DNA of 64,000 nt from assembly GCF_009914755.1 (NCBI RefSeq), contig NC_060926.1, one strand, 5' to 3'. This document shows positions 33,356 to 46,507 of the stretch, piece after piece. Source of the stretch: the human T2T-CHM13v2.0 reference genome, Homo sapiens. The position numbers and the translations under genes were made by a program. The notes below the pieces were generated by a model. That model was given only the letters and a program-made list of their open reading frames with translations, ran no database searches and had not been told where the DNA came from. Position 1 is the stretch's first letter. The number at the start of each line of letters is the position of its first letter.

Positions 33356-35334
33356 TCAAGTTATTTGGTAATTTTGCCAAATAAGCAATTTAGCCAATAT
33401 GAGCATCACCATGTAACCAAAGTCCCCAACCCCTTTATGTAAAAATGATGGGTTTCTGAAGGTCTGAATGGGACTCATATGGATTTTTTTATCTGAATCT
33501 TGAAGTTCTAGAATTAAAGGCACCCCTTAAAGCTTCAAAGAAGTAAACTTATAAGCTATGAAAGGAAATGCCATTCTCTAAAAGATAATATGATGTTTGC
33601 AGCTTTGAGAATATTTATCACAAGTTGAATTTCTATGTTGAATTATTGCAAGTGACTTGTGGATGTGGATATTTAAAAATACTCATTGGAGAGTCCCCCC
33701 CCAACCATCCTATAACACCATTGTCAGAAACAGGACAAGGAGCTATAGAGACTGTTGTTCCCTTCGCCTTTGTGTATTTTGTCTATTTTCAGTAACAGGG
33801 AAATTCCCAAGAGGAGCCAGTTTAGGACGGAGAATGAATGCAAATGACTTTTTAGTGGGAAAAGCATCCTTTGTGCTCATCTAGTCACCATCTTAGAGAT
33901 GAGGAAGGTATCTGTGTTAGTTTGTAAGCGTTGTCCTGATGTCTCTGGGGAGCAGCCAACAGGAAGCTGCAGAGACTAAACCACAGCAAAAGCAAGAGGT
34001 TAGGAGGTGTAGATGCTAGTGGTTGCCTTCATAGAAATATGTTGTATTTTTAATCAGTTGATTGTTCTTCCCTGAAGAAGCCACAGGGAAAATATCTCCT
34101 TTGCCTGGAGCATGGTGAAAGTCTGGGTGAGGGAGTGGCATTGTCCAGCGAATGTGGCTGATGGCATGTCCATCAGGGAATTTCAAATGGGACATAGTCC
34201 TGAATGGAGGACACAAAGTTATTTGTTTACAGTCGTGTAAAGTCTGTTTTCTACAGTTTTTATTTCTATGAGAATGTATCACACAAACCCCCCACCCCAC
34301 TGCATTGAGATGAAGAGAAACTTCCTATCTTTTAAATGTTTTTTTGAAACAATGACTATTTGGACACCATATAAAGGATGGGGAATCTGACGGTGAGTAG
34401 GAGGGTATCAGAGAAAACTTCCTGCAGGAGAGGATGTCTTACTGAGTTTTAAAGGATAAATAGAAGTTTAATAGAGGAACAGGGAGAAGGGACCTGAAGT
34501 TTATGCAGATGAAAGACATGTGGAAAGACACATGAAGATGCGGAAGATGAGAGAACATGGGGAAATACAGGTCATGCGGGTGTGACGGGTGTGGAGGATG
34601 AAAGATTGGGAGTGGCTGGAGAGGAGAGTTTCAGGGGAAGAGGGGATGATACCAAAGCCAGAGAAACCAGTTTGTAGGCTCAGATGTAGTTCAGGCAAGA
34701 AATAATGGGCCTCTGAACTAGAGTGACCTTGAGTAGAAAGGAGGAGGGGAGGGGGCAGATAAGAGAAAGAATAAGAAAAGAATTAACTGCTCCAGTGACT
34801 GGTTGGATGTAGGAGTAAGGGAGGAGGAGTGGTCACAGGTGACTCCTGAGGTTTCAGGCTGGGCGACTGGGTTGATGGTGCTGCCTTTCACCAAGGTTAG
34901 AAATACTGGGAGGGCAGCAAGTCTGGGTACCTGGCTTTTGAATGTCTGTGGGACCTGGCAGTGTCCATCTGGTCAGATCTGTGAACTGGTAGTTCTTTGG
35001 CAGACTGATGGTAACTGAAAATGTTCAGTCCTGATCTTTTCACCAGGCTGACTGTGTAGATCAAAAAGAAGCCCCAGAATGGAAGTTACCACCATTTAGG
35101 GGAGAGGAGCTCAAACAGGAGGCTTTGAAGAAAGTGTGGAAAAGATGTGGGAAGAAATTGAGGAGAGGGTATGTTAAAGAACCAATGGATAGTTTCAAGG
35201 TCGGGAGGGCTAACAGCATCAGAAAAGAAGGGTTAGGATTTAATGCTGGATTCTTTCTTGTCTTACATTATTTGTTCTATGTGCACCAGTCTTTGCAGTT
35301 AAAGCCCAGATTCCTTAAGCACAAGGACTGCATG

Positions 35335-35650
35335 TTTTTTGTTGTTGTTGTTGTTGTTGTTTTTGAGATGGGGTCTCACTGTGTCACTCAGGCTGGATAG
35401 CAGTGGCAGACTCACAGCTCACTGCAGCCTTGACCTCCTAGGCTTGAGCGATCGTCCTGCCTCAGCCTCCCAAGTAGCCAGGACTACAGGCATGCACCAC
35501 TATGCCTGGCTAATTTTTTAAATTTTTTGTAGAGGAGATGGGGTCTTGCCATGTTGCCCAGGCTGATCTTGAACTCCTGGGCTCAAGCGATCCACCCACC
35601 TCGGCCTCCCAGAATGCTAGGATTACAGGAGTGAGCCACCATGCCTGGCC
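35335..35650 (-). mobile_element. Alu (AluJ) with (GTT)n tail
   Basis: Full dimer, reverse orientation. Confidence 0.9.
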
Positions 35651-36079
35651 GCGTGTTGTATTTATAAAGCATCTAGACTGGTGCTAAGCCTATGGCAAGT
35701 ACCCTTCATATTTTTTGGTCAACTGGTCAGCCTTATTCTGCCTCCATATTTATACTCTGCAAAGGTGTCAAATGGGTTTAGGAATGATCTCCTTACCTTT
35801 AATGTTTATGGTCTTGAATATGCCCATTATTATAAAGGCCCAGCATGCTGTACATGGTTTCACAGGCAGCTGACCTGAGATTTTAGTGTTAAAAAATTCA
35901 TCCAGCACACCTGATCCAGAGTAAAGCCTAACATTCTACCTGCCCATGGCTGTGGCTTTGTAACTATCAGGAGGCATCATGCTAGCAGTCATTGACTGTC
36001 ATTAAAGTGGAATCTAATTATCTATATAATCTTATGCTCTTCAGCGTTAAGTCCACTAAAATTATATCAGGAAACTGAG

Positions 36080-36487
36080 TTCTGTGGTTTGAATGTTGTT
36101 GTTTCCCCAAACTTACATTGAAACTTAATCCCCTAAAGGCAGTATTGAGAGAGTGGCCTTTAAGAGGTGATTGGGTGATGCAGGCTTTATCCTCATGAAT
36201 GGATTAATTCATTCATGGATTAATGGGTTAATGGATTAACAGGTTAGCATGGCAGTGGGACTGGTAGCTCTATTCAGAAAGGGAAGAGAGACCTGAGCTG
36301 GCACACCCAGCCCCTCACCATGTGTCCTACACCACCTGAGACTCTGCAGAGTCCCGATCAACACGAAGGGCCTCAACAGGTGTGGCCCCTTGACCTTGGA
36401 CTTCTCAGACTCCAGATAGATTCCTTCCTTTATAAATTACCCAGTTTCAGGTATTCTGTTATAAACAACAGAAAATGGACTAAGAAA
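36080..36487 (+). mobile_element. MST-family MaLR solo LTR
   Basis: tgtggtttgaatgtt...tttataaattacccagtttcaggtattctgttataaacaacagaaaatggactaaga. Confidence 0.8.
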
Positions 36488-38020
36488 CTGGGGCAATTAT
36501 ATAGGATTGTTTGGAAAGAGTAGATAGGTACAAATGGAGCCTTTGTGTGATCTTGACATCTGTACATTAATTGTATACTGTCTCTCTGTACTAATGTCAT
36601 AAAAAAGAAATGCCTCAGCTGTGCTCCTGTGTACATTCCTGGCCATTGGTTCCCCACTGGAAAAATGTGGATGCCTTAGTCTGTGTGTAGAGAGTGTGGA
36701 AAGGTGGAAGGTTCTTTTAGAAATTAAGCATCTCTCTTTCTGTTAGGTAGTAATGAGTGGTTTCTTGTGTTAAGTGTCTCTTGCTGATAGCAGAAAGGAT
36801 ATATTCATTCTCTCCCCAGCCTAGAGCAGAAATGGAACAGAACATATTTTTCTATTTTAATGAGTATAGAATTAAGTGCACAGGGTTAAGAAAAACACTT
36901 AAAGCTGTATAACGAGCACTTTCTCAAAAATTGGATTTTGCTCTCCTGAGCTCTCCCCTAGAGCTTTCTACCATGTATTTTAGAAAGGGGGGGAAAAAAA
37001 GAACCACCTTCACTTCTTCTCTCAGTGGTCAAAACAAGACATAAAATAGATCTTTCTTTAAGAAGAGTTGAGCCATTTCCCAGCGATGCCACTTTATCTT
37101 TATGGAGAAGGAAGAAATATTACCCTGGGGACTACAAGGTAAAATAGTGACTTAACAGCAAGATGGTAAAATACTCCTTTCCTGAAACCTGGTGAAAGGA
37201 ACCAAATCAATAAAAATAGAGGAAAAGCTTTCATCAGCTGAAATTTGGGAATAGCCCCAATCTTCAACCATGAATTCCAAGGTCTCTCTGCCACTTTGAG
37301 ATCAAATTGAATTAAAGAATGACACACTGAGTACACAACTCCCAGTGTTGGGAAAAGTAACAGAGGGACCCCACAACTTGGAGAAATGGGCTGGAAGATG
37401 GGAGACCACCATCTAGAAGCCATGCTCTCTGGAAACCAGGGAATGCAGGCAGAGCATGTTCCCCATTTGCTCCAGCTTTTGAAGGGGATAAGGTCTGGGC
37501 TGAGGATGAGGATGGTGGGCTGGAGAGATGGGAAATCATATCCTAAGAGCTGGCTTTGTAGCTGAGGGCCAACAGTACCGAAAAGGCTATTGTACAAAGA
37601 AAAAATATATGCTGAACCACCAAACAAAAATCCTGCCAACTGTGGGGCTTTATTTTAACTTGACATCTTATCAGAGTGACCAGCTCAGTCCCTTTCGAGG
37701 GAATGAACCAAAATCCTAAGAGTGTCTCTCCACATCAGGACAGAGTACAACCCAACCCTCAACATACACATAAAAATTTAGAGGCATTGGCTCCAACAGA
37801 CAAAGGGCTTGGAGATGAAATTTCCCAGTCGCAATTGTCCACAGCCAGCCCCAGTTCTCCTATCCCCTCTCAGACTGCTGAACTTTCAAACTAATAATTG
37901 AAACCTCTACAAGCATCCAGTTATCTACCTGAATTTTTAAGGAAAGAATTTGAGCACTGTCCAGGTAAACAGGAGTAAGGAAATTCTGCCCACTCTATTT
38001 TTGGGCAAATAAGTATAGAC

Positions 38021-38217
38021 CAGTGGCTTTCAATTGGAGGCTTTCCATTCCTCTCCCCCAGGGGACATTTGGCAATATCTGAGGACATTTTTGGTCATCA
38101 AAAGTGGTGTGGAACCACTGGCGTCTAGAAGCTGGGGATGCTGCTAAGCCTCCTAACAGTGCCTACAGTAAGGAGCTAGTTGATCCAAAATGTCAGTTCT
38201 GTCAAGGGGGAGAAACT
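38021..38217. mobile_element. MER20 DNA transposon relic
   Basis: cccccaggggacatttggcaatatctg...ggatgctgctaa...ccaaaatgtca. Confidence 0.7.
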
Positions 38218-39234
38218 AGAGATCAGCTTCTCCTGTGAGAAGATTGATTAACAAATAAACAAAATCAACATGGTAGCCATTCAAATTCTGTAGGAAAAGT
38301 GGAGGGATTAATATAACATTTAATAAGAAAATTTATAATTCTTTGTACATTTTCATTAGTGTTAACAAGCTTAGTTGCAAACAAATACTTAAGCTAAAAA
38401 AAGAAAATTTACATGAGAAAATACAGGAATTGTTTAAACCGCTGATTTATATCTTCAGGGAAGTTGAAGAAAACAGTCGCTATCAAATAAAAAATGAAAG
38501 ATGAGGTGCTAAGTTATAAAGAAGTTGTGAGAGTTATGGATTAAATTCCAGAAGAAGCATGCCATTACAAAGCACATAAAAAGTGCATTGAGAAGCTACA
38601 AAAAGCAGAATCAGAGTTAACAGAAAAAGCAGATCGGTGAGGAAGAGGCATGGTCTTGAAAGTTCACCCCAAAACGGGAAAATGTAGAAATGAACAGTAT
38701 CACTGTGGCAGACAGCGAGGGAAGCAGAAGAGAGGGACAGTAGGGACCCCACACACAGATTCATTCTGGTGGGAATCTTGGGAACACTCGGTGTTCTCGG
38801 CGAACAGTGTGGAGCAAACTGAACAAACGTGAGAGTCAAAGGTGGAATAGAAAACATTTTTGAAGTGAAAAGGTGTTATAAGTTATCATGTCCCAGGGAA
38901 AATGAGGGAAATTTGACAAATAACAATGCCGATTAACTTATTAAATTTCAAGGGTGAAGAATCACCTACAAGTTTAAAAAAAAAAAAAGTTGGTCACCTA
39001 TATTAGGTTTTTGTAGACAAATTTTTTTTAATTTTTAAATTTTTTTCTTTTTTAAAAGCACTTTCAAAAAACATTTTGTATTGAAATACACATACAGGAA
39101 GATATGTAAATCACAAGTGTACAGCTCAATACAGTTTTATAAAAGACACACTCATGTAAACAGCAGAACAGAATTTTACCAGCATCTCAGAAGCCTCCGA
39201 AGTCCACCCCTCCAGGCACGTGGCACCCAATCCC

Positions 39235-39535
39235 CTAAAGCATAGGCTGGCAGCCTGCAGACCAAACCTGGCCCACACTCATGTATAAAAGGGGTTTTTA
39301 TGTTTTTAAATGGTTGAAAAAAAAAGTCAGTTGAAGAATAACATTTCACGACTCATGAAAATATCAGAGTCTGTAAAGTTTTATGAAAACATGACCAGGC
39401 TCATTTGTTGATCCGTTGTCTATAGCCACTTTTGCACTACAGCAGCACAGTTGAGTAGTTGCCCCTGAGATTGCAGAGCCTAAGATGTGTGCTGTCTGGT
39501 GCTTAACAGAGTAAGTTTGCTGACCCCTGTCCTAA
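39235..39535. mobile_element. MER58-like hAT-Charlie relic
   Basis: gcactacagcagcacagttgagtagttg...agtttgctgacccctg. Confidence 0.65.
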
Positions 39536-39689
39536 GGTAACTATTCTATTCTAACTTCTTACCACACTGATCAGTTTTGCCTGTTCTTGAACTTCATACA
39601 ATGGAATCATGAATATGTATCATATGCTCTTTCATATTTTGGCTTTTGCTCAATGATGTGTTTGTGAGATTCATCTATATTGTGTTTTT

Positions 39690-40273
<584 letters not shown>

Positions 40274-40968
40274 CTGTGTTATCTGTATGTATGTACATTT
40301 GTTATCTGCCCCGTCGTTCATTCTCATAGCTGTACAGCATTCCATTTTTTGAATACACCACAGTGTATCCAGTAGGTCACTGATGGTCTTTTGGGTTGTT
40401 TCCAACTTGGGGTTATTATGAATCATGCTGATATAAGACATTCTTATACCTGTCTCTTGGTGCATTTATGTATACATGTGTATACTTAGGTATTTACCTA
40501 GGACTGAAATTGTGTGTGTTGAGCTTTAGTAGGTACCATTGGTCTTTCAAAGTGGTTGTTACAGTTTAAGCTCCCACCAGCATTGCTCCACGTTCTCACC
40601 AGCAAATGGTGCCATCCAGTCTTTGCCATTGTGGTAGATGTATAATAGTATCTCACTGTGGGTTTAATTTGAATTTCCCTGATGCCTAATGAGGGTGAGC
40701 AGTTTTTCATATGCCGTCTTTTGTGGAGTTCCTGTTCAAGTCATTTCTGTTCAAGTTCCGGTTCAAGTCATTCAAGTTGCTGTTCAAGCCCATTTCTGTA
40801 TTGTTTTTCTTATTGAGTGGTAAGGGTTCTTTATTTTGGATATATGGGTTCTTAGCTGGATACGTGTATTGCAGTTCTCAGAGTAGAGTATTGAGATTAA
40901 AAAGTTTGATCCAAGTTCGACTTACTTAAGTCACCATCCATATGTAAAGTCTTCATAAAAACATTTTT

Positions 40969-42717
40969 TTTTAAATTTATTATTATTTTTTTTTATTGAT
41001 CATTCTTGGGTGTTTCTCGCAGAGGGGGATTTGGCAGGGTCATAGGACAATAGTGGAGGGAAGGTCAGCAGATAAACAAGTGAACAAAGGTCTCTGGTTT
41101 TCCTAGGCAGAGGACCCTGCGGCCTTCCGCAGTGTTTGTGTCCCTGGGTACTTGAGATTAGGGAGTGGTGATGACTCTTAGCGAGCATGCTGCCTTCAAG
41201 CATCTGTTTAACAAAGCACATCTTGCACCGCCCTTAATCCATTTAACCCTGAGTGGACATAGCACATGTTTCAGAGAGCACAGGGTTGGGGGTAAGGTCA
41301 CAGATCAACAGGATAAGTATTTTTCTTAGTACAGAACAAAGTGAAAAGTCTCCCATGTCTACCTCTTTCTACACAGACACAGCAACCATCCGATTTCTCA
41401 ATCTTTTCCCCACCTTTCCCCCCTTTCTATTCCACAAAACCGCCACTGTCATCATGGCCCGTTCTCAATGAGCTGTTGGGCACACCTCCCAGACGGGGTG
41501 GTGGCCGGGCAGAGGGGCTCCTCACTTCCCAGTAGGGGCGGCCGGGCAGAGGCGCCCCTCACCTACCGGACGGGGCGGCCGGCCGGGCGGGGGGCTGACC
41601 CCCCCCACTTCCCTCCCGGACGGGGCGGCCGGCCGGGCGGGGGGCTGACCCCCCCACCTCCCTCCCGGACGGGGTGGCTGGCCGGGCGGGGGGCTGACCC
41701 CCCCACTTCCCTCCCGGATGGGGCGGCTGGCCAGGCAGAGGGGCTCCTCACTTCCCAGTAGGGGCGGCCGGGCAGAGGCGCCCCTCACCTCCCGGACGGG
41801 GCGGCTGGCCGGGTGGGGGGCTGACCCCCCCACCTCCCTCCCGGACGGGGCGGCTGGCAGGGCGGGGGGCTGACCCCCCCACCTCCCTCCCGGACGGGGC
41901 GGCTGGCAGGGCGGGGGACTGACCCCCCCACCTCCTTCCCGGACGGGGCGGCTGGCTGGGCAGAGGGGCTCCTCACTTCCCAGTAGGGGCGGCCGGGCAG
42001 AGGCGCCCCTCACCTCCCGGACGGGGCGGCTGGCCGGGCGGGGGGCTGACCCCCCCCACCTCCCTCCCAGACGGGGTGGCTGTCAGGCAGAGACGCTCCT
42101 CACTTCCCAGACGGGGTGGCTGCCGGGCGGAGGGGCTCCTCACTTCTCAGACGGGGCAGCTGCCGGGCGGAGGGGCTCCTCACTTCTCAGACGGGGCGGC
42201 CGGGCAGAGACGCTCCTCACCTCCCAGACGGGGTCGCGGCCGGGTAGAGGCGCTCCTCACATCTCAGACGATGGGCGGCCGGGCAGAGACGCTCCTCACT
42301 TCCTACATGGGATGGCGGCCGGGAAGAGGCGCTCCTCACTTCCTAGATGGGATGGCGGCCGGGCAGAGATGCTCCTCACTTTCCAGACTGGGCAGCCAGG
42401 CAGAGGGGCTCCTCACGTCCCAGACAATGGGCGACCAGGCAGAGACGCTCCTCACTTCCCAGACGGGGTGGCGGCCGGGCAGAGGCTGCAGTCTCGGCAC
42501 TTTGGGAGGCCAAGGCAGGTGGCTGGGAGGTGGAGGTTGTAGCGAGCCGAGAGCACGCCACTGCACTCCAGCCTGGGCACCATTGAGCACTGAGTGAACC
42601 AGACTCCGTCTGCAATCCCGGCACCTCGGGAGGCCGAGGCTGGCGGATCACTCGCGGTTAGGAGCTGGAGACCAGCCCGGCCAACACAGCGAAACCCCGT
42701 CTCCACCAAAAAAAATC
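40969..42717 (-). mobile_element. SVA retrotransposon (probably SVA_D-like), 5'-truncated, antisense to TET3
   Basis: On + strand: T-rich tail, AATAAA complement at 40992-40997, SINE-R (cattcttgggtgtttctcgcagagggggatttggcaggg...), GC-rich VNTR (~41480-42480), partial Alu-like domain, no CCCTCT hexamer. 15-bp TSD cataaaaacattttt at 40954-40968 and 42718-42732. Confidence 0.95.
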
Positions 42718-43319
42718 CATAAAAACATTTTTAAATATGCAAGAACTCAAATTTTCTAGAGATGAATCAAAATAATAATAGATGGGGAAGTTGTAGTATG
42801 GAGAGGCTGGCGATGAACACTAAATCTGTTCAAATGTAAAGTCTAACTTTAAATGACAGTTATTTTTCTAAAACAAAAGATATTTACTTAAACTCTACTT
42901 AAGATATATTTTTATGTTAAACATCTTAACATGTAGCAGAGGGAAATATGTTCCTGAGGATACCAGTGAAAAGCAGAAGTAAAGGAGGAGGTGGGAGAAA
43001 TTATAGAGGTGCTAACTTTTCTCTTTAGAAGTACCGTTAGCATTTTTAAAAACATACTATAGATTTTCCAGATTACCAGGGATGGTGCTGATGGGGGAAA
43101 TAGAAAATACAAAATCTGCAGCAAACGAGGAAGACAAGGAAGCACTAAACATGGAAAACATAAAATGCCGGAAATATATGTTATAACAATGAATGTAAGT
43201 AGGGTAAAGATTGAATTTAAGATTGAATAGCATTAAACAGCACCAAGAAGGTTAGTAAACCTTGTTTCACTGTGAGAAAAAAGAGAACCGTATGCTGAAG
43301 GATCTAAATACTTGGTTAA

Positions 43320-43634
<315 letters not shown>

Positions 43635-44228
43635 TGAAACTTTTTTTTTTTTTAATGGAGTATGCCAGGCTTCTCATGTAAGATCACTTTGAGAAGTCTA
43701 ATTGTCCCACCGTTGGTGAAGCCCAGGTGTCACTAGGTTAAGGTGGTAAGAGCAAGAGCCAGGTCTTGCCATTATAAAGTTATGTTTTCCCCTTTGTGTC
43801 CAGCAAATAATTTGTCAGGCAATACTTCACCACCATGTGATTATCCAGTTCCCCATCAATCTTTAGTCATATCATGTCTACTGATGATCCTTGTGTAAGT
43901 TAATTTTTCATTAGGGATTGCAAACTGATGATATTCTAATTCTGTCCATCCTTTTTTTACGTTTAATACCTTACAAAACCTGAAAGATGCTCAATAATTC
44001 AGTCACAGAAGGACAAATGCTGCATGATTCCACTTATATGAGTTTTTGTAAAATAGACTTATAGAAGTAGCAAATAGAATGTGATTGCTAAGGGATGGGG
44101 GAGGGGGAGATGAGTTGTTCAGTGGGTATAAAGTTACAGTTATGCAAGATGCGTAAGTTCTAGAGATCTGCTGTACAGCATACTAAACATACCATATTGT
44201 GCAGTTAAAAGTTTAAGAGGGCAGATCT

Positions 44229-44365
44229 GGCCTGGTGCAATACCTCTGCCTGCAATCCCAGCACTTTGGGAGGCCGAAGTGGGAGGATCACTTGAACCCA
44301 GGAGTTTGAGACCACCCTGGGCAACAAAGCCCATCTCTGCAGACAAAAAAAAAAAAAAAATAAGT
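44229..44365 (+). mobile_element. Alu monomer inside an L1M 3' end
   Basis: Single arm with A tail. Confidence 0.8.
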
Positions 44366-44559
44366 AAAATAGATTCTGAAAGAAGGGTAGATCTTATCTT
44401 TAGAGTTCTTACCAAAAAAAGTGCTGTTCTTCATTTGATTACTTTCTAAGTAAGAAAGCCAGGATAATGCATAATTTTCCCCTTAATTACCAATTGTCAG
44501 AATATAAGAGTTGGCTTAATATCACATTTCATCAGTTGGAAGAAGTGTGAGCATATGTG

Positions 44560-45452
44560 GCTTTATACTACTTAAAAAGCATCTCAAAGCTCTCTGAAGT
44601 CGGGATATAGCTTATAATCAATGATGTCTTATACTAGTTGTTGGCCAGGCAGCCATTATGGCACCCGTATACACGCATGAATTTGGTCATAGCTTTTCAT
44701 ATTGTTATCTCGGTGAGTTATGAATATTGTTAGTATTATGTGTGTTAAGATTAAATACTGTTTAAATTGTCTTCAAAAAGAGTACAGTGTGATTCAGTAT
44801 TGAAACAAAGTTATTGTGTGTAGAAACATGGAAACTAAGCTTCTGAGCATTTCTTTTTTATTTTTTTTGAGACAAGGTCTTACTCTGTCTCCCAGGCTGG
44901 AGTTCGGTGGTGTGATTCCCACTCACTACAACCTCTGCCTCCCAGGCTCAAGTGATCCTCCCACCTCAGCCGTTTGAGTAGCTGGGACTACAGGCGTGCG
45001 TGCCACCACGCCTGCCTAATTTTTGTTTGTTTATTTGTTTTTTGGTAGAGGTGGGGTTTCACCATGTTGCCCAGGCTGGGCTCAAGCAATCTGCCCACCA
45101 CAGCCTCCCAAAGTACTGAGATTATAGGCATGAGCCACCACAGCTGGCCCAGATTTTTTTTTCAATAAATATACTGGAACGCTTTTTGGAGATTTGTAAA
45201 AAATTTGAAAAAACTGACAAAATGCATAGCCTAGAAATATTGAAAAAATTTATTAATAAATGGTAAATATGTCACAAATACATAAAATATATGTAGATAC
45301 TAGTCTATGTGTTAATTATCTGTTATCAGTAAGACTTCCAGTCAACAGTAGGCTATTAGTAAAGTTTCAGAGAAGTCAACAGATATATGCAGGTTTTCAA
45401 CCACACTGGGAGTTAGTGCCCCAACCTCCATGTTGTTCAAGAGTCAACTGTA
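44560..45452. mobile_element. Tigger3/MER7-like DNA transposon relic interrupted by an Alu
   Basis: gtcaacagtaggctattagtaaagttt...tgttgttcaagagtcaactgta terminus. Confidence 0.65.
44852..45148 (-). mobile_element. Alu (AluJ)
   Basis: Reverse dimer. Confidence 0.88.
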
Positions 45453-46038
45453 TTCTTGTAAAACATGCAACTCATTTACTGCATTTAGCTTATATTTTTC
45501 TTTTTATGTATATATAGTGATAGATCCATCTAAGCAAGTCTAAAAGCTTTTTCAATGAATATGAGATAAAAAGTGAAAGTGATTATGTATAGTATTGCCA
45601 TGGTTTAAGTGACAAGGTTTATCTTTTAATGGTAACTCATAGAAATTATGCATATTATAGCAGTTAAAATGAAAATGAAGTGAATAGTCACCTTCAAGGA
45701 CAAAGGAGTGTTTGTTATTTTTTCCTCTTTTCTCTTTTTTGAGCATCATTATGGACTAATGAATATTTATATATTTAATGAGTTTTAGTTACAGTCATTC
45801 TTCTTGCTCAGATTGTCCCAAATTTGGCCAGTGGGATGCCCCTTCAGGCCAGCTCCTGTGGTCTTTGGACATACCTCACCCCAGATCATTCTTTGATCAT
45901 TTCTTTGCTTTTTGTTCAACAAGAAATATCCAGGGCACATCATCCTTTTCCTGCCTCAGACCTTGAATTAACCATTTCTCCAAGACCACCTGATTTCTTT
46001 TTTTTGTTTTTTTTTTTTTTGGCTTGGTCACCTGGTTC

Positions 46039-46507
<469 letters not shown>

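Noticed and set aside
37100-37639. 179-aa minus-strand ORF
   Set aside because: No recognisable protein features or exon signals, probably decayed repeat sequence; a BLASTP/PhyloCSF check would settle it.
41468-42709. Many overlapping GC-rich ORFs, a CpG-island-like stretch and a repeat/spacer appearance
   Set aside because: All are explained by the SVA VNTR and Alu-like domain; not a gene, promoter island or CRISPR array.
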